A stretch of 47,562 bases of DNA from assembly GCF_006345805.1 (NCBI RefSeq), contig NW_021834496.1:1-47562 (forward strand), in the 5' to 3' direction. Below, one piece after another: positions 1 to 10,468 of the stretch. Numbering within the stretch: the first letter of the stretch is position 1; the number at the start of each line of letters is the position of its first letter. The stretch comes from Octopus sinensis. Taxonomy: Eukaryota. The notes beneath the pieces are model-generated. The model ran no database searches and was not told the origin of the DNA. It worked only from the letters and a program-made list of their open reading frames with translations. Made by a program: the position numbers and the translations under genes.

Positions 1-36
1 GATAGATAGATGATAGATAGATAGACAGATAGATAT

Positions 37-77
<41 letters not shown>

Positions 78-88
78 ATAGATAGATT

Positions 89-122
<34 letters not shown>
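1..122. repeat. (GATA)n microsatellite
   Basis: Direct reading: near-perfect GATA tandem array. Confidence 0.97.
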
Positions 123-659
123 CTTTCTCTTAAGTCTTTTCTCTCTCTCACAGACTAGAGAGACAGGTAGATAGCTAAACACTTTACAAAGATAAATGTA
201 TAAACAAAAAAATAGTATTCTGCATATCTCATAACGATAAAGAAAATTTTAACACCGTTGACAGTCTCTTTCATTTACAATACTAAAAGTAAAACAGGCG
301 CTTTATCACTAAGTATTGAGTCGGACACCGAAATTTAAATATAGCTGACTCCCCAAGAATCAAAAGTGAGGTGATTCCTTCTTAGCCACTGCCGGTTACG
401 GCGTCAGACCGGTAATTCGTCGAGTGCCTAATGTTATTAGAACTTGTGGACGGCTGTTAATAAAGAAATGACTTTATAGGTTGTTGAACGTGGTGCATGG
501 GTTAAGACCTAGATCTGTGTTAGACTATTTTATTTCAATTTTACTATGCAATGATGAAAACAATATTATTCAAACAATGATCACAGGTAGACAAATATAG
601 TAATATTTTATCTCTCCCTTGGGGGAGAGTGGCTTCCATTTCAAGTGTTATTTCGCCAT

Positions 660-800
660 CGGAGTGTGTGTGTGTGAAAGAAAGAAAGTGTATGTGCATT
701 TGTATGTATAAATACACACACACACACATATGTACCCGCGTGTAGGGATAGAATGGTATATAGATAGTTTGGTACATACATTCATACACATATGCATACA

Positions 801-833
<33 letters not shown>

Positions 834-1469
834 TCATACATACATACATACATACATACATACATACATACATACATACATACATACATACATACATACA
901 GATATACAGATATACATCGATTGATAGATACTTATTTATCACGAGTTAACAAAGCATGCATTATAGTCTCAAAATGTTTAAATTCCCATCACCCGTTTAC
1001 AATGATCTTTGAGTTCAAATAGCAAATGTGACGACTGATAATGAACGCTTCTTATAAAGTATTAATAAAATTATAAAATTAAAGCATTAACTCTCAGTGT
1101 CTATTTTACTCATTCCAACCACACACACACACACATACAGATATATATACATGTATATAAACATAAATACATACATATATATATATATGTATGTATGTAT
1201 ATATATATATATACATGTATGACTGTATTTACTTATGTATTCAAAGTATACTTCCACATAAAATATATATATACATATATAAAAAGTTCAATTCTGCGAC
1301 AGTGCATTTTGGAAGCATTCCATTTATTCCTGTCCCTTTCATTCACTCTTTTCATTTAAACATATAAGTATATGCAATGAACCAATGATTAAGCGGCTGG
1401 AAGCCCATAAACCAATGCTCTCCATTGTTCATAAACGCGTGGCGTAATTAATGTACATATGTAGGCAAG

Positions 1470-1501
<32 letters not shown>

Positions 1502-1728
1502 TGTGTGTGTGAGTGTATGAGTATATATATATATGTTTGTGTGTGTGTATATATATATACATACATGTATATACATTATAATGCATGTATATATATACAT
1601 ATATGTACATCTATATATGCATATATACATATATGTGTGTGTGTTTGTATATATATATTATATATATATAATATATATATATATATTATATATATACAAT
1701 ATATATACATATCTATATATACATATAT

Positions 1729-1761
<33 letters not shown>

Positions 1762-1907
1762 CTATACACATACATATATATGCACATATATACATGTATA
1801 TTGTATATAGAGATAGATAGATATATTTATATATGTACGTAGCTGTGTATCTATGTATGTATGTATGTATGTATGTATGTATGTATGTATGTATGTATGT
1901 ATGTATG

Positions 1908-1941
<34 letters not shown>

Positions 1942-1980
1942 TGTATGTATGTATGTGTGTATGTATGTGCGTGTGTATGG
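660..1980. repeat. Compound (CA)n/(ATAC)n/(TA)n/(TATG)n microsatellite field with short unique spacers
   Basis: Direct reading; explains the YIHT/MYVC-type ORFs in the track. Confidence 0.95.
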
Positions 1981-2371
1981 CTTCTGCTGTTGCATGTATT
2001 GTGCTCGTTTCCGTCAATGTCACAGCGGATTCTAAATGAATTTCAAAGCTTCTTACCATTAATGTCGCTTGCATATGTTAAATTATGGAATTTGTTCAAA
2101 TTTATTCAATTGAAACCTAGACAGGTTGATTCCTTCAAACAAAACCAGCGTTCAGCCTATTGAATCTCTGTGATTCGCAGACATGTATACAGCACTTTGA
2201 ATTTACATGGCTGAAACCAAACCACGTGTGCTTAGCTGAACTTTGAAACTTTTATTCAACTTGTACTACAGACGTACATGGATACATACATACATATATA
2301 CATACAAACAAACATATATACATACATACTTATTCACATACATACATACATAAATGTTTTTTGTTTCCTTG

Positions 2372-2560
2372 CTTCAGTCATTAGATTGCGTCCATGCCGG
2401 GGTGCTACATTGAATAATTCACCCCAGTCTTATATTTTAAGCCTGGTACTTATTATGTCGGTACTTTTTGTCGAATTGCTATTATACAGGGACGTAAATA
2501 TATCAACGCCGGTTGTCAAGTGGAGGGGGTATAAATCAGGGACACAAAGACAAACACGTG
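2372..2560 (-). mobile_element. Degenerate 3' half of tRNA-derived SINE family B (octopus OK-like)
   Basis: Similar to the 3' half of the copies at 8598-9031 and 31877-32293 (CAGTCATT..GCGTCCATGCCGGGGTGC; GGTACTTATT..TCGG..GACGTAAA..CCGGTTGTCAAG). Confidence 0.7.
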
Positions 2561-2740
2561 CATCAACACACACGCATACACACTCACACACGCGCATATG
2601 TATATATGGATGTGTGTGTGTGTGTGTGTGTGTGTCAGTGTGTGTATGTGTGCGTGTATCTGTCTATGTGTATCTGTCCGTGTTTGTAACTCGCTAGCTA
2701 ATGATCACCAGTGCTTGTTTACTTGTCCCCTAAAGTCCAG

Positions 2741-2773
<33 letters not shown>

Positions 2774-2865
2774 TCAATTTAGGGTAGCAAAAAAATTCAA
2801 TAGAAATTTATCGCTACCAGCGGCCTGGTGGAAAAGAGAAAATAGTCATCGACTAAATATATAAA

Positions 2866-3096
2866 TATAACAATTTAGGAGTGACCCTAACAGGTCATTC
2901 GTCCATTAATTTAATTTAATTAAGCTAATTTAATCATTAATGACACAGAAACGTTGCAACGTCTAAAAGATGATAATTAGGGTAAATGTTTTTAAATTTT
3001 CACCTAATTTCTGAATTACTACTACTTGGCGGTTTGAGTTATGGCTGCTCTTTCTGGTGGACGATGACCTGTTAGGGTCACTCCTAAATTGTTATA
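2866..3096. mobile_element. ~230 bp MITE with ~40 bp terminal inverted repeats in TA context
   Basis: TATAACAATTTAGGAGTGACCCTAACAGGTCATTCGTCCA (2866-2905) is the reverse complement of 3058-3096 except for one 1-nt indel. Confidence 0.85.
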
Positions 3097-3106
3097 TATA
3101 GATATA

Positions 3107-3160
<54 letters not shown>

Positions 3161-3539
3161 TATATATATATATATATATATGCCCAGGAACACGCTAATA
3201 GCTTAGCAGTGAAATTTAGGATTTCACGGTTTTCTGTGAATCGATTTTGATAAAACTTTTCCCAGCTCGTTTGCACACAATGTTAACACTATTGCTATGT
3301 TTTCATTATTCGATGTAATGTCCTTTCTTTTTTATTTCAAATACTTCAGTTTTGGGGTGAACCACACTAATAGCTTTTGAATGAAAGTAGCCCATCTAGG
3401 CTTCTTTTTTTTTATCAGAAAATGAAGGATAATGATACATATTAATCATACATTGAGTATATATTTAACAGAAAACCATAATAATATTATAACACCTATT
3501 GACATAATGAATTATTCAGCCACATGATAGCCAAGGAAG

Positions 3540-4380
3540 AAAATATCCGATTGTGAGACCTCTAAGACTGTGACAGCTAGGGATTTAAGGCATATTGGGT
3601 GTAAGATACGTGGGAAACCTTGACAAACAAGCAAAGCTATTTTCACCGCCTTCCGACTCACTCATGTACCGAAAAGCACCAGAAATTGTATCTTCGGGAC
3701 CATGGCTTCCGTGCGAGAACCCCTGAAACTGCCTCCTCACAGGTGTTTGATGCTTTAATGGACCCAAAAGTACATGACATTAGACTTGTGTCGTGTTCTG
3801 TTCACTTACGAAACCAGAGTGACCTTTGATGAACCTGACGGTGGGCAAATGGTTGGGTCTATTTTAGGGGTGAGCGTCACTAACTTTTGTGAGAGTCCTG
3901 CTGTGGGCTGATATCATTGGGGACGGACTTGTTGGCCCAGTCAGGGTGCCTGAAGAGGTTAAAGTGACCGCATTCTCCTACTGCAATCTCCTGAAGAAGG
4001 TCTTGGATCCCTGAATAGATGACATACTATTGTCACGTCTAAAGAATCTCGTATTCATGCTTAACAACGCTCCCTCCCACTCTGCTAGGACCACCCAAAC
4101 ATTCCTAGGGTCTTAAAACATACAAGGGGAAAAGCTGATGGTGTGGCCGCTAACATCTCCGGATCTCAACCCTATCGAAAATCTTTCGTCCATCATTAAA
4201 CAAGATGTTTACGCCGATGGAGGCTAATTTACGTTGAAAGATGTCTTATGGGCGACCCTCAGAGTTGCAGCAGGGGCAGTCTAACCTGCTACTATTAAGA
4301 AATTGGCAGAGTCCATGACTAATAGGATTTTTGAAGTTATCCGTCGAAATATCGTGCATTATGTCAATAAATGTCACTAA
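3540..4380 (+). pseudogene. Tc1-family transposase pseudogene (DD37E spacing)
   Basis: Manual translation: TARDLRH..SKAIF..WTQKYMTLDLCRVLFTYETRVTFDEPDG..VLLWADIIGDGLVGPVRVPEEVK..VFMLNNAPSH..GEKLMVWPLTSPDLNPIENLSSIIKQDVY..LWATL. Several stops and a frameshift; catalytic D1->Y, D2->N, E intact. Confidence 0.9.
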
Positions 4381-4543
4381 ACTACCCGTGACCCGTTGGG
4401 TCACCGGCAAACTCTGAATTCCCCAGTAACGGATTTTTGTTTCGTGGGTTATTTATTTTTTCTTTCCAAGGTTATTTGACATGCTTTCAACGAATGTGAC
4501 ATCGAAATCACGCGTAAAATTCTCCTTTCTTCCAAAAGGAAAT

Positions 4544-4654
4544 ATTTGGCTGCTACTTCGTACACGCCCTGCTACCATGTAAGAGATATTTCAGATCCTT
4601 TATCGTAAATAGCTGTTACGTGGTAGCAGGGCGTGCTAGAAGTAGCAGCCAAAT
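4544..4654. repeat. 111 bp hairpin/MITE-like inverted repeat (39 bp arms, 33 nt spacer)
   Basis: ATTTGGCTGCTACTTCGTACACGCCCTGCTACCATGTAA versus the reverse complement of 4616-4654: 35/39 identical. Confidence 0.85.
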
Positions 4655-4941
4655 CTTGGGAGGTGAGATACGTTGAATGCACACGAAAAACATCTATGGA
4701 AAAAAATTATTTCACACCGATTTTATGAACGGGACTTTTACGAAATATTTACCGCAATTTTAAAGTCATTTTCACTTCAAAATATTTTTTAAATATGCCA
4801 AAAAAACTATTAATAATTTTTCAAAAAACATGAAAATATTGTCTCTTTAAAGAAAGCTAGAATATAAATACTTACTGTACAAACTACTTATATTTTTGAA
4901 ATTATATTCACTTAAAAATAATTCTGATTAAAATAATACGG

Positions 4942-5130
4942 AGATGTACATGCATAGCAAGTGACATGATCTGAGATCGTGTGCTGAAACAAAAACAATT
5001 GCAGCGTGGAAGATGCTTGTGAACCATTTAAGAACACACAAAACCGTTAGTTTCACTTCAACATTTACATTTAATTTGTGTCAAAATATTTTCGTCGCTT
5101 TGAAGCCGCGACTTGTTCACTAACAAAGCT
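4942..5130 (+). repeat. Dispersed repeat, second copy at 16910-17100
   Basis: Shared GCATAGCAAGTGAC.TGATCTGAGATCGTGTGCTG..AAAACAATTGCAG.GTGGAAG..TTCACTTCAACATTTA..GCGACTTGTTCACT.ACAAA. Confidence 0.85.
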
Positions 5131-5924
5131 TCGTGTTGTGTTTAACAAAAGAGAAAATAAAAAATTATTTCCCTTTTGTTTTTCACCGTCATAACACATG
5201 AATGAGAAATGAAGGACTGAAAGTCGACGTCTTTTGTCTAAGAGAGTTATAAAGCGCGATGACTATGTGTGTATAGGTCACAGGTAGCGTACGTGTGTTT
5301 GTGTTGATTCACACTCCATGACATTCATTATATGTGCGTATGTGTCTTAACATCAGGGAAACCATGTTTGTTTTCGTCAAGAAATAACAATCAAAAATTG
5401 TGTTTAATCGTTTAGTTAATAAATAGAGGTACAAATATCACGAAATTTCGTACAGCACTGCATAAAGTAAGTATAAAAATAGACATGTAAAAAAAAATTA
5501 AGATAAAATATAGTTTCTGATATATTTCGGGAACAAACAGACATCTAGAGTTTTAGTATTATTAAGATAATATTATTATGGTTTTCTCTTAAATATATAC
5601 TCAGTATGATTAATATCTGTCATTACTCTTCATTTTCTGAAAAAAATGTCCAGATGGGCCATTTTCTTTCAAAAGTTATTTGCGTGATTCACTCATAGAC
5701 TGAAGAATCTGAAATAAAAAAAAAAGAGAGGACGTTACACAGAATAATGAAATCATAACAATGGTGTTGCAATTGTGTGCAAACCAGCTTGGAAAGGTTT
5801 TATCAAAATCGATACACAGAAAACCGAAAAATCCTGAATTTCACTGCTAAGCTATTAGCATGGTTCTGGGTATATATATATATATATATATATATAAATT
5901 GATCAAAATAAAATAAAAACATGA

Positions 5925-6200
5925 TGCGAAGGATTCAGCGGTACATATGTTTCGGGCCTTTATTAGACAGATTTATAACAATGCATAATGTATGTCTGTG
6001 GCCTTCTTCAGCCGCGCACCACAGCTTCCACAAGGACATGTGTTACATCAAAAATTCTTGGTTGGGGATGCAAATCCTCTCATTCACGTACGACATAATG
6101 CGGCAGCAGCATAGAGTTGAAGCGTCCATCTCTTTCTTCTCTCATGTCTTCCATACTAGTAACCAGCTGTTAGAACTCAATACACATATTCTTTAAAGGA
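5925..6200 (-). mobile_element. Highly degenerate RTE-type LINE RT C-terminal fragment
   Basis: The minus-strand translation EKKEMDASTLCCCRIMSYVNERICIPNQEFL..GHRH weakly resembles the RTE C-terminal pattern 'LDAFE.WC.RRIL.ISW...I.NEE.L...GH'. Confidence 0.4.
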
Positions 6201-6279
6201 ATTTATAGAATGTCGCGCAAGCACGGCTTCTAGTAGCAGAAACAGCTGTGAGCTAACGGAGGTGGTTATGTGACTCATG

Positions 6280-7463
6280 TTCTACTATAGTTCATTATTA
6301 TACAGATAAATATAGATATATTTTATGAAATAACTACATACAGAGAGAGACATATATATATATGGATATATATGTTTGTATGTGTGTATGAGTGTAATGT
6401 GAGTGTATGTCTGTCTAAATTCTAAGCAATCTTTCTTACTAAAACAAACTACAACGCTATTTGTATGCAATCACACTGTGTAAACACTTAAATGTCTTGT
6501 TTATAACTGCTATTTTCTCGCTTACTCACTTATATAGAGGTTTCGTGATTGAATGTAAAGGCATTGTGCTTATTTATATTTATATCTATCCGTCTATCTA
6601 TCTATCTATTATCTATCTATCCCCCTTTCTATCTAGCTATCTATCATCTCTCTAACTATCTATTTATCTAGTCATCTATTTATCTATCTTTCTACATATA
6701 TATATTATATGTTGTACACACATACATACATATATACGTACATAATTATATATATACATATACACACATACATACACACATGCATGCACACATACACATA
6801 ATACATATGTACCCACACATATGTACATACACACATGCATGCACACATACACATAATACATATGTACCCACACATATGTACATACACACATACATACGAA
6901 CATACACACATACATACATACAGGCATATATATAAATTCACACACATATACATACACACATACATACGAAAATACACGCATAATACATACACACATGTGC
7001 ATACATAAATAAACACACATACATATATAGAGATATACATGCACACACGCATATACACGTGCAGAAATAGATAAATACACACATACATACATACATACAT
7101 ACATACATACATACATACATACATACATACATACGCCCACAATACATCCACAATGCTATCCATAGACATAAACAAACGCCTATTCTTTTAAGCAAATTCT
7201 TATCCAGTGCAGTAAATCATTTTTTTAAAAATTCCATTCTGTTTTGCTCTATATCACACACACACACACTCCTTCTCTATCTTTCTCTCGCTTTCTCCCT
7301 CTCTTTTCTTCTCCTTCTCTCTCTCTCTTCCCCCCTCTCTCTCTCTCTCTCTCTCTCTTGTGTGTATATATATACACACACATGCACATACACACATATA
7401 TATATATACACTTATATATATACGTATATATAGAGACAGACAGGGAGACAGGGAGACAGGGAG

Positions 7464-7540
<77 letters not shown>

Positions 7541-7965
7541 TAGAGAGATAGAGAGATAGACCCTCACTCATATGAGTAAATATAGATATATACATGCATG
7601 AGTACATACATACATAGATACATATATACACACATTTTTTACTGTATACATACATACATACTTACATATATATATATATATACGCACATTATTAAATGCA
7701 TACATATATACATACAGACAGACAGAATAATACAAGAGAGTATATAAGACAAACCATAAAATACACGTCAAGTAAATACGAATGTTGATACATACCCTTC
7801 GTTATCTAAACACTAACAAAAGTTCCTTGTTGAAGAACAGTTCTATAAATATTTGAATATACATCTACGTATATATATATATATATATATTATATACACA
7901 CATAAACGTACATATATACATATGTTTGTGTGTGTGTATGTGTGTATGTGTGTGTGTGTGTGTTC
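6280..7965. repeat. Compound microsatellite field (TATC, ATAC, CA, CT, GATA, TA, GT), including a perfect 55 bp tandem duplication at 6771-6880
   Basis: Direct reading. Confidence 0.93.
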
Positions 7966-8142
7966 TTGGTTACCTAATATAGACAGGAAGTTGTACTTCT
8001 CCACTGGAGCGTTGGGCGTTTGGGCTTTCACTAAGGTCGTTTACCTTTTAAGCTGATGGGTAACACTGCACATTAACCCTTGTTTCCCCTTAATTTTCTT
8101 TTCATGACCACTACTGAATAGAGCCAATGTGGTGTAAATATT

Positions 8143-8557
8143 GAGTTCAAATCTTGTCACAAGGCCAGCAATTTCGGCTAATTACACTGGTATTTATTTT
8201 ATCGACCCCGAAAGGATAAAAAGGCAAAGTTGAGTCCGGCGGCGTTTGAACTCAGAACGTAAAGATGGACAAAATGCTTCTAAACATCTTGCCCTGCTTC
8301 TTAACGATTCTGCCAACTTGCCGCCTTAATGTGATATAAATATTCTTTTCTACGCGAGACACAAGGCCCGGAATTTAGGGGGAGAGGCCAGTCGATTATA
8401 TCGACCCCAGTACACAACTGGTACTTAATTATCGACCCCCGAAAAGATGAAAGGCAAAGTCGACCTCGGCGGAATTTGAACGCAGAACGTAAAGGCAGAT
8501 GAAATACCGCAGAGTATTTCTCCCAGCGTGCTAACGTTTCTGCTAGCTCGCCGCCTT
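8143..8557 (-). mobile_element. Two tandem copies of short tRNA-derived SINE family A (octopus OR-like) separated and flanked by a 17 bp direct repeat
   Basis: On the minus strand: head AAGGCGGCGAGCTRGCAGAA.CGTTAG, B-box-like GAGTTCAAA, core TTTGCCTTT.ATCCTTTCGGGGTCGATAA..TAA.TACCAG. AATGTGGTGTAAATATT occurs at 8126, 8328 (2 mismatches) and 8558. Confidence 0.9.
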
Positions 8558-8597
8558 AATGTGGTGTAAATATTAAACTCTAGCTAACTCAGGTGAT

Positions 8598-9031
8598 ACT
8601 CTCTTTTACTCTTTTACTCTCTTTTACTTGTTTCAATCATTTGACTGCGGCCATGCTGGAGCACCGCCTTTAGTCAAGCAAATCGACCCCGGGACTTATT
8701 CTTTGTAAGCCCAGTACTTATTCTATCGGTCTGTTTTGCCGAACCGCTAAGTGACGGGCACGTAAACACACCAGCATCGGTTGTCAAGCAATGCTAGGGG
8801 GACAAACACAGACACACAAACATATACACACACACACACTTATATATATATATATATACATATATACGACACGCTTCTTTCAGTTTCCGTCTACCAAATC
8901 CACTCACAAGGCATTGGTCGGCCCGGGGCTACAGCCGAAGACACTTGCCCAAGATGCCACGCAGTGGGACTGAACCCAGAACCATGTGGTTGGTTAGCAA
9001 GCTACTTACCACACAGCCACTCCTGCGCCTA
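8598..9031 (-). mobile_element. Full-length tRNA-derived SINE family B (OK-like) with internal (TG)n/(TA)n and LINE-like 3' tail
   Basis: Minus-strand head AGGCGCAGGAGTGGCTGTGTGGTAAG..GGGTTCAGTCCC (A/B-box-like); tail GGCGGTGCTCCAGCATGGCCGCAGTCAAATGATTGAAACAAGTAAAAGAG. Confidence 0.88.
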
Positions 9032-9279
9032 TTTAAATATGAATTACAAGTGGATCGTGGTATATAAACAAAATCGAACTCACATACATTAGATATATGT
9101 GTTGTTAGATCGTGGGTCGGCTGCGGTTTTTAGGCGTTAGAGAATATACTCATTATGCAGCGGAAGTGAAGAAAAAAAAGCACCTAAAAGTAAGTCGTAG
9201 TCCAGGGAGACAACCCACGTAGGTCCCTTCTCGGAGAGACAGACGTTGATGTTTCGACATTATTGTGATTTATCAATGC

Positions 9280-9457
9280 CGCTTACTCGGTTCACTCACT
9301 GGACTGCAGTCATGCTGAGTCACCGTCTTCCAGGGTTTTAGTAGAACGAAACGACTCCAATACTTGCTTTTAAAACCTTGGCATTTATATTATCATTCCC
9401 TTTTAACGAACTACTGGGTTACGAGACGTAAACAAACCTGCACAAACATACACATAG

Positions 9458-9495
<38 letters not shown>

Positions 9496-9650
9496 ATATA
9501 TATATATATACGAGGGGCTTCTTTCAGTTTCCGTCTACCAAATGTACTCAGAAGGCTTTAGTCGGCCCGAGGCTATTACAGAAGACATTCGGCCAAGGTG
9601 CCACGCAGTGGGACTGAACCCAGAACCATATAGTTGGGAAGCAAACTTTC
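9280..9650 (-). mobile_element. Diverged SINE family B copy, head truncated next to the LINE 5' end
   Basis: 9512-9645 closely matches 8866-9000; the 3' half is degenerate. Confidence 0.75.
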
Positions 9651-9694
9651 TCGCTAATATATATATTAGAGGCTACAAGAGGACAGCGGCTCAA

Positions 9695-10468
9695 ATGGAG
9701 CGAAAGAGACGGGAATTCGTGCGCTCATATGCGCTTATACGGTCGCACATTGGCGCACTTGATGCCATCTTTGAGAACGAGCGGGGCAAAGATGGTAAGA
9801 ATGGAGACGATGAAAGATGTCACCCCCACCTGGTGGACGCCCGGGAGGAGGTTTTGAATGAGAAACCTGCCCGGGAAGTGAACCCAGGTGCAAGTTCTCC
9901 AACCGGCAGCAAAGGCCATGGAGACGGAGAACCCGGTGAAGAGGTAGAGGGAGGAGGAAGAACTAAAAGAAGGGCTGGTAGAGCTAAAGGAAAAGCTCAA
10001 GCAGGACCAAAGGGTGAAAAAACCAGGAATAGAAGTGGAACCGCAAAAGATGGAAACAAACAGCGCACACGGGTGTGTAGGTTCTACCTGAGAGGTTCCT
10101 GCTGGCATGGAAAGGAAGGTGCAGGCTGCCGCTTTGCACATCGGGGACCCTGCCACAGAGACACGAGGCAGATGGACAAACCATCAACACAAGGAAAAGG
10201 GATGGACCACGCACCACTTGCCCCAAAGCGGAGGTACGCAGATGTTGTGCGTGCCACAAACCACCAACATGATGTTGTCGAAAGGGCAGCTGCTGAGTAA
10301 CAATCTTTTTTGTGCATGGCACAAAAGATTGTACAGCAGCTGACCTGGCTTCATCAAACCCAAGCCCGCAGGTGGGACTACCCACTATATACCAGACCAC
10401 CACAGCAAACAGACCCAGGATGGACACCACCGGCAACAACGTACACCTCACCTCGATGCTCCTACTGA
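9695..10468 (+). pseudogene. LINE ORF1 (basic, low-complexity protein with C-x7-C-x8-C-x3-H zinc finger), probably interrupted by a premature TAA at 10298
   Basis: CRFYLRGSCWHGKEGAGCRFAH at 10076-10141. The frame continues past 10300 (QSFLCMAQKIVQQL...SPRCSY*) and overlaps the ORF2 ATG at 10420. The 5' end may be truncated. Confidence 0.75.

Larger units (their letters stand above)
3183..5870 (+). mobile_element. Decayed Tc1-like DNA transposon (DD37E/TRT-type) with ~310 bp TIRs, both ends in (TA)n
   Basis: 3183-3490 aligns by eye to the reverse complement of 5567-5870 (CCCAG..CTAATAGCTTAGCAGTGAAATT..AGAAAACCATAATAATATTAT); an internal transposase remnant is present. Confidence 0.85.

Noticed and set aside
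2040-2200. Minus-strand donor GTAAGA at ~2058 as the next exon of the 15357 gene
   Set aside because: All three frames upstream of the donor contain stops before any acceptor.
8126-8574. Repeat-spacer-repeat pattern resembling a CRISPR array
   Set aside because: The 'spacers' are ~200 bp SINEs and the 'repeats' are target-site duplications; eukaryotic context, no cas genes.
9542-9694. N-terminal 51 aa of the 252 aa ORF
   Set aside because: It derives from an antisense SINE head that happens to be in frame with LINE ORF1; it is not part of the protein.
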